Shown here piece by piece: positions 61,197 to 64,000 of a stretch of DNA of 64,000 bases. The DNA lies in the NCBI GenBank assembly GCA_963843845.1, contig CAWJMB010000002.1, forward strand, positions 2,592,001 through 2,656,000, in the 5' to 3' direction. Both the position numbers and the translations under genes were made by a program. Position 1 is the stretch's first letter. Each line of letters begins with the position of its first letter. Source of the DNA: an uncultured Gemmatimonadaceae bacterium (lineage in GTDB: Bacteria; Gemmatimonadota; Gemmatimonadetes; Gemmatimonadales; Gemmatimonadaceae). The notes under the pieces are model-generated. The model was not told the origin of the DNA. It did no database searches and worked only from the letters and a program-made list of their open reading frames with translations.

Positions 61197-62357
61197 TCAG
61201 CCCCACCAGCGCGCTTTCTTCCCGCGTGCATCGATGTGCACATACGGTCGCCGGTACTTGGCGCTCACGTACACGCCGAGGCCCCCGGCCAGCTCGGGGT
61301 GTTTCCGTTCGACCATCTCGGCCGCGATCGCGACGATCCGGCTGTCGAACGAGGTGAAACGCCCGTCCCCGTCGGCATCGATCGCGACGTCGGCCGCGTC
61401 GCCGTACTGATGACGGCTGTTCAGCGCGGATCCCTCGACGCTCCCATTGTGCAGCGGCGTACGGAAGCCGGAGTGCACGTCGACCTCGAGCTTCAGCGGA
61501 TCGGTCATCCCACGAATGCGTGCGACCTCGTCGGCCACCAGCTCGAGCTTGTCGAGCAGGCGCGGACTGACGACGACGTACTTCGGCCAGAGTCGTTGCC
61601 CGTCGTGCGTCATGAAGTCGGCGAGACGCAGGTGCGGCGTGAGGCGCAGGTCCGTGTTCCGCTGATCGATCTCGATGAAGCCAGGCGGCTTCTCCCCGCC
61701 GAACCGCTCGAACGGATACGAGCCGACGCGATAGCCGTTCACCATGCCTCCGAGCTTCTGGGCGAACGGCACGAGTACCGCGATCGTGATCTCCCCGAGG
61801 ACGTGCGGAGACTCCATCGGCGCGGGCGTGACCGAGGCGAGCGCCAGATGATAGAGGCCAGGTCGCGTTGGCGCGACGACCGTCGCGCTGGCGAGCGGGC
61901 GTTCGGGCGCGGCGTCGGACGAGTCGGCCGCACGCACCCAGCGGTAGGTGAGGCGCCGCGCATCCGCCGCGATCGGGAGCGGGTACTCCACGAGCTGCCC
62001 CGGCATCGCGACGCGGACGAGCACGTCGCCGCTCTTGCCGAACGCACGCGTCGCGCGGGCCGACGACAGCAGCGGCCCGCTGCGCTCGACATCGGACCCG
62101 ACGTTCACCTCCCGCGCGAACCGCCCCGCTCCAGCGATCTCGCCGAGCGGCTTGTACAGACGGAGCACCGCGGTGGCCGAGACGAGGAGCAGCGCCGCGA
62201 CGAGCAGGTACGACGGCCGCCGCACCGCGCGCGTCGTACTCGCGCTATGGCGCACGGCAACGTCGCTCGCGGCGGCGCTGCGCCGCGCCTCCTCGAGGCG
62301 CGCCAGCTCGAACATCGTGAGGCGGCGGGAGCCGTCGTCGGCGGTCGGGTCGGTCAC
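61197..62357 (-). CDS. Peptidase M15/DUF882-like Zn-dependent peptidoglycan peptidase with N-terminal TM
   Basis: LTPHLRLADF, SGFRTPLHN, SRHQYGDAAD, YVHIDARG. Confidence 0.82.
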   Translation of the reverse strand: MTDPTADDGSRRLTMFELARLEEARRSAAASDVAVRHSASTTRAVRRPSYLLVAALLLVSATAVLRLYKPLGEIAGAGRFAREVNVGSDVERSGPLLSSARATRAFGKSGDVLVRVAMPGQLVEYPLPIAADARRLTYRWVRAADSSDAAPERPLASATVVAPTRPGLYHLALASVTPAPMESPHVLGEITIAVLVPFAQKLGGMVNGYRVGSYPFERFGGEKPPGFIEIDQRNTDLRLTPHLRLADFMTHDGQRLWPKYVVVSPRLLDKLELVADEVARIRGMTDPLKLEVDVHSGFRTPLHNGSVEGSALNSRHQYGDAADVAIDADGDGRFTSFDSRIVAIAAEMVERKHPELAGGLGVYVSAKYRRPYVHIDARGKKARWWG

Positions 62358-62489
62358 ACGGTCATGCGCAGGGTTCAGAACGCTCCTGGCCGCGCAGTCT
62401 AGCCGCGCCGGCCCCAGCGTCCTACCGACGAGCGACGCCCGCGTTCCGATTCAGTGGAACGCCCTCCTGGCGCCGGGTACATTGCGCGC

Positions 62490-64000
62490 ATGTCACACCC
62501 CACTGCCCGCCCCGTCGCGCTCGTCGTGCTCGATGGATGGGGCTACCGCGCCGCGACCGACGGCAACGCGATCGCCATGTCGCAGACGCCGACCTGGGAC
62601 GCGCTCTGGCGCCTCCGCTCGCGCACGCTGCTGCACGCGTCCGGGCTGCCGGTCGGACTTCCCGAAGGTCAGATGGGGAACAGCGAGGTCGGCCATCTGA
62701 ACCTCGGAGCGGGGCGCATCGTGATGCAGGACCTCGTGCGAATCTCGGAGTCGATCCGCAGCGGCGACTTCTATCGCAACCACGCGTTCGTGAGCGCGTG
62801 CCGGGCGGTACGGGCGAACGGCGGGACGCTTCACCTGCTCGGCCTCGTGGGGAAGGGGGGCGTGCACGGGCTCGACCGGCACCTGTTCGCCCTGGTCGAC
62901 CTCGCCGCCCGTGAGGGAGTTCCGCGCGTCGCGATCCACGCGATGCTCGACGGACGCGACACGCTGCCGAAGAGCGCTCTCGGCTACATGCGCGAGACGG
63001 TGCAGACCGTCGCCGGACGAGCCGTCGTCGCGAGCGTCGGCGGGCGGTACTATGGAATGGACCGCGACCGACGCTGGCAGCGCACGGAGCTGTTCTACGA
63101 TGCGATGCTCGGCCGCGCGCCGCTCGCGGGCGATCCGATCGCGGCGATCGAGACGGCGTACGACGCGGGGACGACCGACGAGTTCCTGCTCCCCGTGACG
63201 ATCGCCAGCCCCGACGGCGTGCCGATCGCGCCGCTGCGGAGCGGCGACGTCGTGGTCTGCTGGAACTACCGCTCGGACCGCATGCGGCAGATCGTCCGCG
63301 CCCTCGTCGACCCGGCCTTCGATGGCTTCAGCGTGTCGACGCGGCCGCGCGTGTCGGTGGTGACGATGACCGTGTACGACGCCACGTTCGAGCCGCTCGG
63401 CGTGCGGGCGGCCTTCGCGCCGCAGTCGATGGCGCGCATCGTCGCCGAGGTAGTGAGCGATGCGGGCCGCACGATGCTGAAGACGGCGGAAACGGAGAAG
63501 TACCCGCATGTGACTTACTTCTACAACGGCGGCAACGAGGCGCCGTACGCCGGCGAGGAGCGCCTCCTCGTCCCGAGTCAGAAGGTCGCGACGTACGACC
63601 TCGCGCCGGAGATGAGCGCGATCCCGCTCACCGACGGCCTCGTGCGCGCGCTCGAGACGCGCTCGCACGACTTCATTCTGTGCAACTACGCGAACGGCGA
63701 CATGGTCGGACATTCCGGCTCGCTCCGGGCGACGATCCAGGCCGTCGAGACGGTCGATCGGTGCCTGGCCCGCGTGGTCGCAGCCGCGGCGCGAGGCGGC
63801 TGGCGACTGCTCGTGACCGCCGATCATGGCAACTGTGAGATGATGATCGATCCTGCAACCGGCGGCCCGCACACGGCGCACACCACGAATCCCGTTCCGT
63901 TCGTCGTCGTCGATCCGGACGACGACGCGGCGCTGCGCGCCGGGGGCGCACTCTGCGACGTCGGGCCGACCGTGCTTCGCATGCTCGGCATTCCGCAGCC
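62490..64000 (+). CDS. gpmI: 2,3-bisphosphoglycerate-independent phosphoglycerate mutase (3' truncated; absent from the ORF track)
   Basis: MSHPTARPVALVVLDGWG, GQMGNSEVGHLNLGAGR, AETEKYPHVT, NGDMVGHSG, TADHGNCE. Confidence 0.95.
   Translation, partial: MSHPTARPVALVVLDGWGYRAATDGNAIAMSQTPTWDALWRLRSRTLLHASGLPVGLPEGQMGNSEVGHLNLGAGRIVMQDLVRISESIRSGDFYRNHAFVSACRAVRANGGTLHLLGLVGKGGVHGLDRHLFALVDLAAREGVPRVAIHAMLDGRDTLPKSALGYMRETVQTVAGRAVVASVGGRYYGMDRDRRWQRTELFYDAMLGRAPLAGDPIAAIETAYDAGTTDEFLLPVTIASPDGVPIAPLRSGDVVVCWNYRSDRMRQIVRALVDPAFDGFSVSTRPRVSVVTMTVYDATFEPLGVRAAFAPQSMARIVAEVVSDAGRTMLKTAETEKYPHVTYFYNGGNEAPYAGEERLLVPSQKVATYDLAPEMSAIPLTDGLVRALETRSHDFILCNYANGDMVGHSGSLRATIQAVETVDRCLARVVAAAARGGWRLLVTADHGNCEMMIDPATGGPHTAHTTNPVPFVVVDPDDDAALRAGGALCDVGPTVLRMLGIPQ

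Overview
High-GC (roughly 70%+) bacterial chromosome segment. Gene content and order suggest Gemmatimonadota (Gemmatimonadaceae-like); this is an inference. Most of the window is housekeeping: htrA end, tRNA-Leu(UAG), crtB-cruF-crtI, tig-clpP-clpX-lon-engB, trpE, an FHA-GAF adenylate cyclase, LPS genes, maf/dtd, acyl-ACP desaturase, glmS/glmM, purD, mutM, futalosine-type menaquinone late genes, an ECF sigma/anti-sigma pair, mrp, nrnA, guaB, a PEP-CTERM protein and gpmI. About 37.5-55.8 kb carries dense indels in essential genes, most likely consensus errors; coordinates there are approximate. The main candidate for a new system is a ~9 kb accessory block (23981-32807) between dtd and the desaturase. 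It has an OB-fold/PAS/SGDEF diguanylate cyclase divergent from an AraC-like regulator. A 5x12-bp tandem array follows, then an operon for a secreted 6-Cys Gly/Thr-rich beta-hairpin protein, a thioredoxin-like lipoprotein, a beta-propeller lipoprotein, an ABC exporter and a NEW3 membrane-anchored protein. Three sequence-level signals also stand out. Every in-frame TTA codon found by eye lies in the heptamer GTTAGGC. Eleven genes have a TANNNT box 5-7 nt before ATG, the leaderless-promoter pattern. A ~90-nt nested hairpin with a possible alternative pairing abuts the desaturase start codon.
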